From assembly GCA_963826115.1 (NCBI GenBank), contig CAWGVS010000011.1, positions 128,001 through 192,000 of the forward strand: a DNA stretch of 64,000 nucleotides, in the 5' to 3' direction. Positions within the stretch are counted from its first letter, which is position 1; the number at the start of each line of letters is the position of its first letter. The stretch comes from an uncultured Candidatus Rokubacteria bacterium (GTDB taxonomy: Bacteria; Methylomirabilota; Methylomirabilia; Rokubacteriales; DASRDR01). Under the pieces are notes generated by a model. It worked only from the letters and a program-made list of their open reading frames with translations, did no database searches and was not told the origin of the DNA. The position numbers were made by a program, and so were the translations under genes. Of this stretch, positions 12,385 through 21,664 are shown piece after piece.

Positions 12385-12417
12385 CCATGGTAAGGAACCA
12401 TGGTACTGAAACCGTAG
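12385..12417. promoter_or_regulatory. CCATGG array, second copy
   Basis: CCATGG 12385, CCATGG 12398, CCGTAG 12412. Confidence 0.45.
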
Positions 12418-12490
12418 GGTAGTTGAGCGACTCCAAGGATGCGACTGATCCAACTCTCGGATTTGCCTGAAGAATCAGGATGAGTCGGTC

Positions 12491-12506
12491 TAGCACGCTC
12501 CCTGCT
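12491..12506 (+). promoter_or_regulatory. sigma54-like element, second copy
   Basis: TAGCACGCTCCCTGCT identical to 9980-9995. Confidence 0.5.
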
Positions 12507-12521
12507 TGCAGTCATCCCCCG

Positions 12522-12840
12522 ATGATCAGGAGGCTTCCAAGTTGGGCCGTGCTGATCTACCTGGCGATCGACCTCGCCAACCCCTTCGTTCCCGGTGCCT
12601 TCCGGTTCACCCCGAGATGGGCTTGTCTGGGTGGAAGCACGTTCGGCGTGCGCGAGGCGCCGAGGCAAAGTCTCGCAGACAGAGAGTCCGCTCGATCTCT
12701 CCCGCGCCGGTGTCCGACGGCGGTCTTCTCGCCACTGGAGCGCCCGCACCCCGCTGGGTACCTCGCTGTCTGGCTGGTCCGCGTCAGGACCGGCGATCCT
12801 CCGCGCGGACCTCCCTCCGTCCGACTCCGACGACCACTAG
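12522..12840 (+). CDS. DxANP...S[ED]DH family small protein, copy 3 (frameshifted)
   Basis: MIRRLPSWAVLIYLAIDLANPFVPGAFRFTP ... WLVRVRTGDPP / RADLPPSDSDDH* across two frames. Confidence 0.7.
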
Positions 12841-12896
12841 GCCCCGTCCGCCGACGCGTGCTGCACGAGAGCGCAGCGGTTGCGTCGGAGGGCTCC

Positions 12897-13166
12897 ATGG
12901 CCGACCTGAGTGAACGTCAGAAGCAGGAGTACTGGCGGTACAACATCAAGCTCACCACCATCCTGCTGACGATCTGGTTCGTGGTGACGTATCTGATCTC
13001 GGGCCTGTGGGCGAGCTGGCTCAACCAGTTCTCGTTCCTCGGTTTCCCGCTCGGCTACTACATGGCGGCCCAGGGGGCGCTCGCGATCTTCGTCATCGAG
13101 ATCGCCGTCTACGCCCGCCTGATGAACCGTAAGGACATCGAGTTCGGCATCCGCGAGGAGGGCTAG
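12897..13166 (+). CDS. DUF4212-like small membrane protein (symporter partner)
   Basis: YWRYNIKLTTILLTIWFVVTY, FLGFPLGYYMAAQG; directly upstream of symporter. Confidence 0.85.
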   Translation: MADLSERQKQEYWRYNIKLTTILLTIWFVVTYLISGLWASWLNQFSFLGFPLGYYMAAQGALAIFVIEIAVYARLMNRKDIEFGIREEG

Positions 13167-13171
13167 CCGCC

Positions 13172-15106
13172 ATGGGGATCAGCCTCCAGAGGATCTTCGG
13201 ACTCTACACGGTCGGGTTCCTCGGCGTCACCATCCTGATCGGCATCGGTGAGGCGATCGGGCTGTTCAGCAACCAGATGATCGGCTGGATCTTCATGGCG
13301 CTGTCGCTGGCCATCTACGTCGTGATCGGCGTGCTCACCCGGACGTCCAATCCCGACCAGTACTACGTGGCCGGGCGCGGCGTGCCCGCGGTGTACAACG
13401 GGATGGCCACCGGATCCGACTGGATGTCGGCGGCGTCGTTCATCTCGATGGGCGGGGCGCTCTCCGCCCAGGGCTTCGCCGGGCTTGCCTACGTCATGGG
13501 CTGGACGGGCGGTTATCTCCTGCTCGCCGTCCTGCTCGGCCCGTACCTTCGCCAGTTCGGGGCGTACACCATTCCGGACTTCCTGGGGGCGCGTTTCGGC
13601 GGCAACATCCCCCGGGTAATCGGCGTGATCGCCGCGATCGCCTGCTCGTTCACCTATCTGATCGCGCAGGTGACTGGGGTGGGACTGATCGTTTCCCGGT
13701 TCGTCGGCCTCGACTTCAACGTCGGCGTCTTCGTCGGGCTCCTGGGCGTGCTGTTCTGCTCGGTACTCGGCGGGATGAAGTCCGTCACGTGGACCCAGGT
13801 GGCCCAGTACATCATCCTGATCATCTCGTACCTGGTTCCCGTCGTGTACCTGTCGTGGACCATTTTCGCGATTCCGATCCCGCAGCTGACCTACGGCCGG
13901 CTTCTCCATCAGAACAACACCCGTGCGCTCCAGATCACCGGCGACGCCAAGGAGAAGGAGACGCGGGGGCTCTGGCAGAAGGAGGCCGACGAGGCCAACG
14001 CCAAGATCAAGGCCGGCGGCCTGCCGGACGCCGACGTCGACAAGCTCAAGGCCCAGGCCACCCTCGCGGCGCGCCAGGCGATCGCGCCAGCGACCAGCGA
14101 GACCGCGCAGTTCGGCCGCTACCTCACGGTGCCGAGCGGCGTCGGCATGTGGAACTTCCTCGCGCTGACGTTCTGTCTCATGGTGGGGACCGCGGGCCTG
14201 CCCCACATCCTGACTCGCTACTACACCACGCCCTCCGTGCGTCAGGCGCGCACCTCCGTGGCGTGGTCCCTGTTCTTCATCTTCCTGCTGTACTTCACGG
14301 CGCCGGCCTACGCCGCCTTCGCGCGGTTCACGATCTACGCGAAGCTGGTGGGGACCCAGATCAAGGAGCTGCCGCGCTGGATCACCCTCTGGGCGCCGGC
14401 CGGCCTGTTCAGCGTCGTCGACAAGAACGGCGACGGCATCGTGCAGTGGGCGGACTTCGTGATCCGGTCAACCGACTTCGTCGTGCTGTCGATGCCGGAG
14501 ATCGCGGGGCTGCCGTTCGTGATCACCGGCCTCGTCATGGCCGGCGGCCTGGCGGCGGCCCTGTCCACCGCCGACGGCCTCCTCCTGACGATCGCCAACG
14601 CGATCTCCCACGACCTCTACTACAACGTCATCAACCCCCGGACCTCGCTGGCCGTGCGATTGACGATCACCAAGGTCCTGCTGATCGTCACCGCGCTCGT
14701 GGCGGCGTACGTCGCCACGTACCGGGTGGCGATCATCGTCGAGCTGGTGGCCTGGGCGTTCAGCCTGGCCGGCGCGTCGTTCTTCCCCGCGCTGGTGATG
14801 GGCATCTGGTGGAAACGCGCCAACAAGACCGGGGCGTGCTGGGGCATGGTCGTCGGCCTCGGCGTCACGGCCTACTACATGATCGGAAGCCGGTTCTACG
14901 GTGTGTCGTGGTTCGGCACCCAGACGATCGCCTCGGCGATCTTCGGGCTGCCGGCCGGCATCCTCACAATCTGGATCGTGTCCCTCCTGACGGCGCCGCC
15001 GCCCCGGGAGGTGCAGGATCTCGTGGTGAGCGTGCGGTATCCGAAGTCCGGCCAGGCCTACAGGGGCGATCCGCTCGGTCGCGACGTGGCCAGCGCCGCC
15101 CGCTAG
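13172..15106 (+). CDS. actP: cation:acetate symporter-like SSS transporter (ActP / VC_2705-like)
   Basis: YYVAGR, NGMATGSDWMSAASF, YTIPDF, GGMKSVTWTQV, GTAGLPHIL.RYYT, AAALSTADGLL. Confidence 0.88.
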   Translation: MGISLQRIFGLYTVGFLGVTILIGIGEAIGLFSNQMIGWIFMALSLAIYVVIGVLTRTSNPDQYYVAGRGVPAVYNGMATGSDWMSAASFISMGGALSAQGFAGLAYVMGWTGGYLLLAVLLGPYLRQFGAYTIPDFLGARFGGNIPRVIGVIAAIACSFTYLIAQVTGVGLIVSRFVGLDFNVGVFVGLLGVLFCSVLGGMKSVTWTQVAQYIILIISYLVPVVYLSWTIFAIPIPQLTYGRLLHQNNTRALQITGDAKEKETRGLWQKEADEANAKIKAGGLPDADVDKLKAQATLAARQAIAPATSETAQFGRYLTVPSGVGMWNFLALTFCLMVGTAGLPHILTRYYTTPSVRQARTSVAWSLFFIFLLYFTAPAYAAFARFTIYAKLVGTQIKELPRWITLWAPAGLFSVVDKNGDGIVQWADFVIRSTDFVVLSMPEIAGLPFVITGLVMAGGLAAALSTADGLLLTIANAISHDLYYNVINPRTSLAVRLTITKVLLIVTALVAAYVATYRVAIIVELVAWAFSLAGASFFPALVMGIWWKRANKTGACWGMVVGLGVTAYYMIGSRFYGVSWFGTQTIASAIFGLPAGILTIWIVSLLTAPPPREVQDLVVSVRYPKSGQAYRGDPLGRDVASAAR

Positions 15107-15125
15107 CGGTCGACTGACGTCACCC

Positions 15126-15157
15126 GGGGGGCGGGGCGCCTGGCGCGTCCCGCCCCC
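15126..15157 (+). terminator. GC-rich hairpin after actP (no U-tract)
   Basis: gggggcggg...cccgccccc inverted repeat. Confidence 0.35.
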
Positions 15158-15172
15158 TGGTATCATGCGCCC

Positions 15173-15487
15173 GTGATCGGGTCAGAACTGCTCGTGCGTC
15201 TCCTCCACACCCTCAACGTGGTGGTCCCGCTCGTCTTTTTCATGGCCTCGATCTATCTCGGCCTCCACATTCTGTTCGCTCGCCTGATCAATCGGCCGGA
15301 CAGCCCGGTCCTCTGGTTCTTCTCGGTGGTTACCGGGCCGCTGACGCGCCCCGTGCGGAGGCTTCTGGGGGTCGCCACACCGGAGCGCCGGGTGCGCCTG
15401 GCCGCTCTCGGTGTCTACGTGGCGCTCTGGCTCGGCTCCCGGATCCTGCTCGCCCACTGGCTCGGGTCACGCGGCCCGATAGCCTGA
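15173..15487 (+). CDS. small membrane protein, YggT-like
   Basis: TM helices with VTGPLTRPVRRLL motif; TGgTATCAT 6 nt upstream of GTG (leaderless). Confidence 0.6.
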   Translation: MIGSELLVRLLHTLNVVVPLVFFMASIYLGLHILFARLINRPDSPVLWFFSVVTGPLTRPVRRLLGVATPERRVRLAALGVYVALWLGSRILLAHWLGSRGPIA

Positions 15488-15501
15488 GCGAGACGGGCTC
15501 C

Positions 15502-15931
15502 ATGCTGGCGCTCGCCGCCGCCAACGTGTTCGGAGCGGTCGCGTTTGCCGGCGTCTACGCGCGCCGGATCGAGGTTTCGCGACGCCCCGGCAGTGTTCAT
15601 GGTTGCCGTGCTCCTGGCGTTCGTCGGAGTGACCGCGCTCTGGGTCTACGTCGAGCAGTGGTCCCGAGCGCTCGAGGCGATCCGCCGGATCGGGCGAGGG
15701 GCCATCGCGCTCCTGATGGTCGTGATCGGCCTGCCGATGGTCGTGCTGATGCCGCTGTTCTGGCTGGAGAGCCAGCTTCCGCCCGAGGCGGTACCGGCGC
15801 TCCATCTCGGATCCGTGATGGCGCTGCTCCTGGTCTCGCTGGCCCTCGTCGTCGCCACGAACGTCGCCGGCGCTCTCGTGGCGACGGGGCTCGGCATCCT
15901 TCGACGGTGGCGGGCCGGCCGGGGACCCTGA
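15502..15931 (+). CDS. hypothetical membrane protein (probable frameshift near 15570)
   Basis: Hydrophobic segments in two successive frames. Confidence 0.55.
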
Positions 15932-15947
15932 GGAAAGGCGTCCGATC

Positions 15948-17412
15948 GTGAGCCCACGAGGACGTCTCGCTCTTCCTCCATCCGGTCCGCGAGTTCATCG
16001 CGCGGCCGCCCGTGACCGCGAGCCCGCGCACGCTTGTTCAGGCGCTCGCCCGCCAGATGGCGGCGGCCGGAATCGGGTCGGTGGTCATCGCCGGTGACGA
16101 CGGCACGCCCACCGGGATCGTGACGGATCGAGACCTTCGGACGAAGGTCGTCGCGGCCGCCCGCGACCCGACGGCGACGACGGCGGCCGACGTCATGTCG
16201 ACCCCGCTCGTCAGCGTGGCCCCGGCGACCTACGGCTTCGAGGCGCTCCTCGAGATGACCCGGCGCGGAATCCACCACCTCGCGGTCGTGGAAGAGGGAC
16301 GCCTCCTCGGCGTCGTGTCGAGCAACGACTTCCTCCGGCTGCACGCGACGCACCCGGTGACGATGGCCCGCGAGATCGCCTCGGCGCCGTCCGTCGACGA
16401 TCTCGCGCGGCTCGGCGGGCGGGTCACCGCGCTGGTGCGCCGGCTGGTGGACGAGGGCGGGACGCCGTACGACGTCGGGCGGATCGTCGCCGAGCTGAAC
16501 GAGCGGATGATGCAGCGGGTGGTCGAGCTGGTCACCCGGGCCGGTCGCGCGCGGCCGGCCCGCCGCCCGCCCCGTTCTGCTGGCTCGCCTTCGGGAGCGA
16601 GGCCCGGCAGGAGCAGACGCTTCGCACGGATCAGGACAACGGGCTCGCGTACGCCGACCCGTCACCGCGCGACGCCGCGGCGGTCGCGGCCTACTTCGCG
16701 CGGCTCGCCGGCGGAGGTCAACGGGGCGCTCGTCCGGATCGGGTTCCCGGAGTGCCCGGGGCGAATCATGGCCTCGAACCCAGAGTGGTGCCAGCCGGTC
16801 GGCGTCTGGACGAGTCGGTTTCGCGGCTGGATGCAGGAGAGCGGTCCCGCGGAGGTGCTCGCGGCCTGCATCTTCTTCGACCTTCGGTCGACGGCGGACA
16901 CGACGACGCTGGCTCGAGCCTCCGCGACGGTGATCCGGACCGAGGCGCCGGGCGCGCGCCGCCTGCTGGGTCTCCTCGCGCGCGACGTGGTGGAACGGCC
17001 CGTCGCCCTCACGGTCTTCGGGAATCTCCGGGTGGCGCGGAGCGAGCCGCATCGCGGCACCGTCGACCTCAAGGGCGGGGGCGGGCTTCAGCTCGTCGGC
17101 GCCGCGCGGGTCCATGCCCTGGCGCTCGGCCTCGAGGAGACGAACACGGTCGACCGGTTCCGAGCGGCGGCCGCGCGGGAGGTGTACGGCGAGGCCGAAT
17201 GCCGCGACATCACGGACGCCCATCAGTTCCTCCAGCGGCTCCGGCTCGTCCACCAGCTGGATCGTCTGGAGCGCGGCGAGCCGGCCGACAACCGGATCGG
17301 CCCGGCGCGGCTGTCGCACGCGGAGACGGTGCTCCTGCGCGACGCGCTCCGCACCGTCGGCCAGGTGCAGGGGGGCCTCCGGGAGCGCTACGCGACGGAC
17401 CTGCTCCAGTGA
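15948..17412 (+). CDS. CBS + DUF294 putative nucleotidyltransferase protein (frameshifted)
   Basis: GIVTDRDLR (CBS), FCWLAFGSEARQEQT.RTDQDNGL in alternate frame, GFPECPG.IMASNP, IFFDLR, DLKGGG. Confidence 0.85.
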
Positions 17413-18044
17413 GGGGCCTGGCTCGCTGGCTTCGCTGGCGCACGGCCCTGCCCCGGGACCGCCGGCCGCTCGCGGCGCTGCTCGACGACTTCGTGGCCAT
17501 CGACCTCGAGACGACGGGGCTCGATGCGACCCGGGACGCCGCCGTCGCGGTGGCGGTCGTGCCGTTCCGGGGCGGCCAGGCCATTGACGGTTATGAGACG
17601 CTCGTCAACCCCGGCCGGCCCATCCCGGTCACCTCCACGCGGATCCACGGGATCACGGACGAGATGGTGAGGACCGCGCCACGCCTGAGCGAGGTTCTGG
17701 ACGACATCGAGGGCGTCCTCGGAGGTCACGCCGTCGTCGGTCATGGTGTGGCGTTCGACCTGGCCATTCTCGAGCGGGCCCGCCGGGCCCATCACCGCCC
17801 CGCTCTACCGAATACCGCGCTGTGCACGATGCGCCTGGCCGCCGCCCTCCACCCCGGGTGGGTGGACGTGACCCTCGAGGCGCTCGCGGCGCGACTCGGC
17901 GTACCGGTGGTGGGCCGCCACACGGCTCGGGGGGACGCCATGGTGGCCGGCGCGCTGATGCTCGGGCTCCTGCCCGAGCTCGCGCGCCGAGGCCACCGCA
18001 CCCTCGCCGACGCGGCGTGGCTGCAGCGCAGCGTGCTCCTGTAG
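17409..18044 (+). CDS. DEDDh 3'-5' exonuclease (DnaQ-like)
   Basis: DLETTGLD, IHGITD, GHGVAFD, RHTARGDA; GTGA overlap with DUF294 gene. Confidence 0.88.
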   Translation: MRGLARWLRWRTALPRDRRPLAALLDDFVAIDLETTGLDATRDAAVAVAVVPFRGGQAIDGYETLVNPGRPIPVTSTRIHGITDEMVRTAPRLSEVLDDIEGVLGGHAVVGHGVAFDLAILERARRAHHRPALPNTALCTMRLAAALHPGWVDVTLEALAARLGVPVVGRHTARGDAMVAGALMLGLLPELARRGHRTLADAAWLQRSVLL

Positions 18045-18059
18045 CCAAAGCCTGACCCC
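18041..18059. repeat. degenerate single arm of the GGGGTCAGG element
   Basis: gtagccaaagcctgacccc, overlapping the exonuclease stop. Confidence 0.5.
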
Positions 18060-18162
18060 GTCCATCGGGCCAATCTCTTGTGGGCGGGGCCGATTTCAGC
18101 GATTCTGAGACTCACCGACGCCGTCGCGCCGGGAACGGGCCACCACCACCAAGGAGCCGACG

Positions 18163-19171
18163 ATGCCCACGGGATTCGATGCGCGTGCCTACCTGCCGCG
18201 CGAGACCTACGATGCGATCACCGACGTCCGGGTCCGACAGCCCGGGTTCGCCGACGGTGAGGCGGATCGGCGCACGCGGCGGCCTGTCGTCGGCGCCCGA
18301 CGGCAAGCTGGTCATCCTGGCCGCGGACCATCCCGGACGCGCGAGCCTCAAGATCCAGGACGATCCCGTGGCGATGGCGGACCGCCACGAGTTGCTGGCG
18401 CGGATCCTCCGCGTGCTGAGCCATCCAGGGATCGACGGCGTCATGTCGACGCCGGACGTCGTCGAGGACCTCCTGATCCTGTCCGGTCTCATCCGCGAGC
18501 GGGGCGGCCAGAGCCCGCTCGACGAGCGGCTCCTCATCGGCTGCATGAACCGGGGCGGGCTGCCGGGGAGCGCCTGGGAGATGGATGATCGGTTCACCGC
18601 CTTCACGACGCGCCGGATGCTCGTCCTCGGGCTGGATGGCGGGAAGTTCATGGTGCGAATCGACCCCACCGATCGCGGCTCGCTCACCACCATCGAGGGG
18701 TGTGCGCGGGCGGTCGGGGAGCTGGCCGAGGCGAGCCTGCTCTCGTTTCTCGAGCCGTTGCCAGTCGTCCGCGAGAACGGGGCCTACAAGGTCGTCCGCA
18801 CGGCGCGGGCCTTGATCGACGCGGTCAGCGTGGCGTCCGCCTGGGGGGCGAGCTCCCTGTACACGTGGCTGAAGGTGCCGACCTGCCCGGAGTTCGAGCG
18901 CGTCGCGCGCGCGACGACGCTCCCGCTGGTCCTCCTGGGCGGAGAGGCAGTCGGCGATGCCCGACCGGTGCTCGAGGACCTGCGGCGCGGGATGGCGGCG
19001 GGAGCGAACGTCCGGGGCGCGATGATCGGGCGCAACGTGCTCTATCCGGGAGCGGACGACCCGCGTGCCATCGCGGCGGCGGTGTCGGCGATCGTCCACG
19101 ACGGCAGTCGCGTCGACCAGGCCCTCGCCGCGATGGAATCGGAGCGTGGCAAGGAGCCCGAGCTGGTCTGA
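18163..19171 (+). CDS. class I aldolase-like TIM-barrel protein (Cgl0159-like); frameshift ~18270
   Basis: LVILAADHPGR, GCMNRGGL.G..WEMDDRFT, WLKVP, LLGG, GRNVLYP. Confidence 0.75.
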
Positions 19172-19238
19172 TGCGAGCGACTCGCGAGGCCGTGGTCCGG
19201 GGCGATCGGCGGTCGACATCGGCGGAAGGGAGGACCGG

Positions 19239-20168
19239 ATGAGTGAGCCGCTTCGTTTCGAGGGCGTGATGCCGGCGAACCTCTTGCCCTTCCGGGCCGA
19301 CCTCTCGATCGACGAGCCGGCCTACCGCGGGCACCTCCGCTGGCTCGCCGCCGTGCGCGGCGTCACGGGGCTGGTCGTCAACGGCCACGCCGCCGAGGTG
19401 TCCTCGCTCGACCGCGAGGAGCGGCGGCGGGCGCTCGCGATCGCGGTCGACGAGGTGCGGGGGGCGCTGCCGGTCGTGGCCGGCGTCTACACCGACGGCA
19501 CCCAGGAGGCGGTCCGCCTCGCCCGGGACGCGAAGGCCGAAGGCGCCGCGGGGATCCTCCTCTTCCCGCCGACCCACTTCATGTGGGGCGCCCAGCTCAA
19601 GCCCGAGATGGCGATCCGCCACGTGAGCGAGGTGGCGGCGGGCGCGGACCTCCCGATCGTCGTCTTCGAGTACCCGCCGGCCTCCGGCATCGGGTACGCG
19701 CCCGAGACGCTCGCGCGCCTGTGCGAGATCTCGCAGGTGGCCGCGGTCAAGGACTGGTCGAACGACATCGTCGCCTTCGAGCGGAACCTGCGCGCGATCC
19801 GGGCCACCGGCCGCCCGGTCGCCGTCCTGTCGTCGTTCACGATGTCCCTGATGTCGAGCTTCCTCCTGGGGGCCGACGGCGCGATCTCGGGGATGGGGAG
19901 CGTGGTGGCCGACCTCCAGGCGGATCTCTTCGACGCCAGCCGGAAGGGCGACCTCGAGGAGGCGCGGCGGATCAACGACCGGCTCGACCCGCTCGTGCGT
20001 GTCTTCTACGCGCCCCCCTTCGTCGACATGCACAACCGGATGAAGGAGGCCCTGGTGATCCTGGGCCGCATCCCCGCCGCCCACGTCCGCCCCCCGCTGA
20101 CGCCGATCCCCGACCGCGAGCGCCAGGCGATCCGGGTGGCGCTGGCGCAGGCCGGGGTCAGACCCTGA
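19239..20168 (+). CDS. dihydrodipicolinate synthase (DapA) family protein
   Basis: PANLLPF, NGHAAE, AAVKDWS, GADGAISG, RPPL; C-terminal GVRP* comes from the repeat arm. Confidence 0.88.
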   Translation: MSEPLRFEGVMPANLLPFRADLSIDEPAYRGHLRWLAAVRGVTGLVVNGHAAEVSSLDREERRRALAIAVDEVRGALPVVAGVYTDGTQEAVRLARDAKAEGAAGILLFPPTHFMWGAQLKPEMAIRHVSEVAAGADLPIVVFEYPPASGIGYAPETLARLCEISQVAAVKDWSNDIVAFERNLRAIRATGRPVAVLSSFTMSLMSSFLLGADGAISGMGSVVADLQADLFDASRKGDLEEARRINDRLDPLVRVFYAPPFVDMHNRMKEALVILGRIPAAHVRPPLTPIPDRERQAIRVALAQAGVRP

Positions 20169-20260
20169 TTTTGATTTCCGGACGTCTCAGCACGCCAACG
20201 GCGGCTCGACTCTCTGGAAGTCAAAATCAGGGCCTGACCCCGAAGTCGAAGCCTGACCGC
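20154..20260. repeat. inverted-repeat element copy A (plus adjacent degenerate arm)
   Basis: Arms 20154-20179 and 20216-20241 (24/26 complementary); extra gaagtcgaagcctgacc at 20242. Confidence 0.85.
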
Positions 20261-20962
20261 ATGACGAGGGCCGTGGGACGCCAGGCGGCGAGGCGGCGCG
20301 CCTCGGCGGCATCGGGGGCGACGCCCACGTAGCAGTCGAGGCCCGCGTCCCGGCAGGCGGTCACGTCGGGCTCGAGGACGACGCTCGGCGTCCAGGCAGA
20401 GCGCGGTGAGGATGCCGGGCGGCGCCATCGCCTCCGGGGCGAGGAGGCGGCCGGTGACGCAGGCGCCGAGCCCGATGTCGCCGTCGAGCGCCCGGCAGCG
20501 CAGAAGCGCGTGATGGTCAAAGGATACGACGACCGTCCGGTCTGTCGCCCCGTATAGATGGAGCAGGCCGAGCGCGCGCTCCTCGATGCCCGGGTAGACG
20601 TCCGAGCCGGCCCGGAGCGCCACGACGAACCCGGTCCGGTCGCGAAACCGCTCGAGGACCTCCGCCAGCGTCTGGATTCGCTGCCCGCGGAAGCGCCAGC
20701 CGAACCAGCGCCCGGCGTCGAGGCGCTTCAGCTCCCGGACCGTGTGCTCCCTCACGAGCCCCCGACCGCTCGTCGTCCGTTCCAGGCGGACGTCGTGGAC
20801 GACGACGAGCTGCTCGTCGGCCGACTCCTGGACGTCGAGCCACACGGCATCGGCCCCGGCCGCGGCCGCGGACTCGTAGGCGGGGATCGTGTGCTCGGGC
20901 GCCACCGTCGCCGCCCCGCGATGGGCGACCATCAGCGGCCGCGACGGGCGCGTCGTTGTCAC
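20227..20962 (-). CDS. glycerophosphodiester phosphodiesterase family (frameshift ~20390)
   Basis: AHRGA...APEHT, LDVQESAD..LVVVHD..LERTT, LDAG.WF, SFDH. Confidence 0.82.
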
Positions 20963-20991
20963 GGCCGGAGCCCGCGTGTCACGATGCGAGG

Positions 20992-21618
20992 GTGCGCCCC
21001 GTTCCATTCTGGTTTCTCGAGGCGTGCCGCCCCGGATTTTGGGCGGCGGCGCGCGGGCTCTTCCGCATCCGCTTCGAAGGCGTCGAGCACGTCCCGCGGT
21101 CCGGACCGGTCGTCATCACGCCGAACCACGTCTCGTTCATGGATCCCATCCTGGTGACGATTCCGATCCGCCGGGTGCTCCACTACATGGCCCTCGAGCC
21201 GTTCTTCCGGATCCGGGGGCTCGGGGCGCTCATGCGGTGGGCCCGCGCCTTCCCGATCCAGGAGGGAGAGCCCGACAGCCCGGCTGTCCGCCGGGCCCTG
21301 CGAATCCTGCGACAGGGGGAGCCGCTCGTGATCTTTCCCGAGGGCGCCCGCTCGCCCGACGGCCGCCTTCAAGCCTTCCGCCCGGGCGCGTTCCGGCTCG
21401 CCCTGTTCACCGGGGCCCCCGTGGTGCCGGTCACGATCGTCGGCGCGTTCGAGGCTTGGCCGGCGCGGCAGCGTCTTCCGCGTCCGGGCCGGATCGTCGT
21501 CACGTACCACTCGCCGCTCGACGGGTCCGCCCTCCCGCCTGACGCCGATCGCAAGGCCCGGCCCGAGATCCTGATGGCGCTGGCTCGCGAGCGGATCGCG
21601 GCGGCACTGCCAGCCTGA
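20992..21618 (+). CDS. plsC: 1-acyl-sn-glycerol-3-phosphate acyltransferase
   Basis: NHVSFMD, IFPEGARS, PVVPV motifs. Confidence 0.85.
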   Translation: MRPVPFWFLEACRPGFWAAARGLFRIRFEGVEHVPRSGPVVITPNHVSFMDPILVTIPIRRVLHYMALEPFFRIRGLGALMRWARAFPIQEGEPDSPAVRRALRILRQGEPLVIFPEGARSPDGRLQAFRPGAFRLALFTGAPVVPVTIVGAFEAWPARQRLPRPGRIVVTYHSPLDGSALPPDADRKARPEILMALARERIAAALPA

Positions 21619-21664
21619 GGGCGCGCGGTCCAGACCGGCCTGTCCCGCAGGCACCGGCAGGGCG

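Noticed and set aside
16752-18044. Apparent long N-terminal extensions or fusions in the ORF track (also 24239..25618, 55611..57254, 25641..26987, 30775..32079)
   Set aside because: Extensions overlap neighbouring real genes in another frame; the true starts are internal or indels cause read-through.
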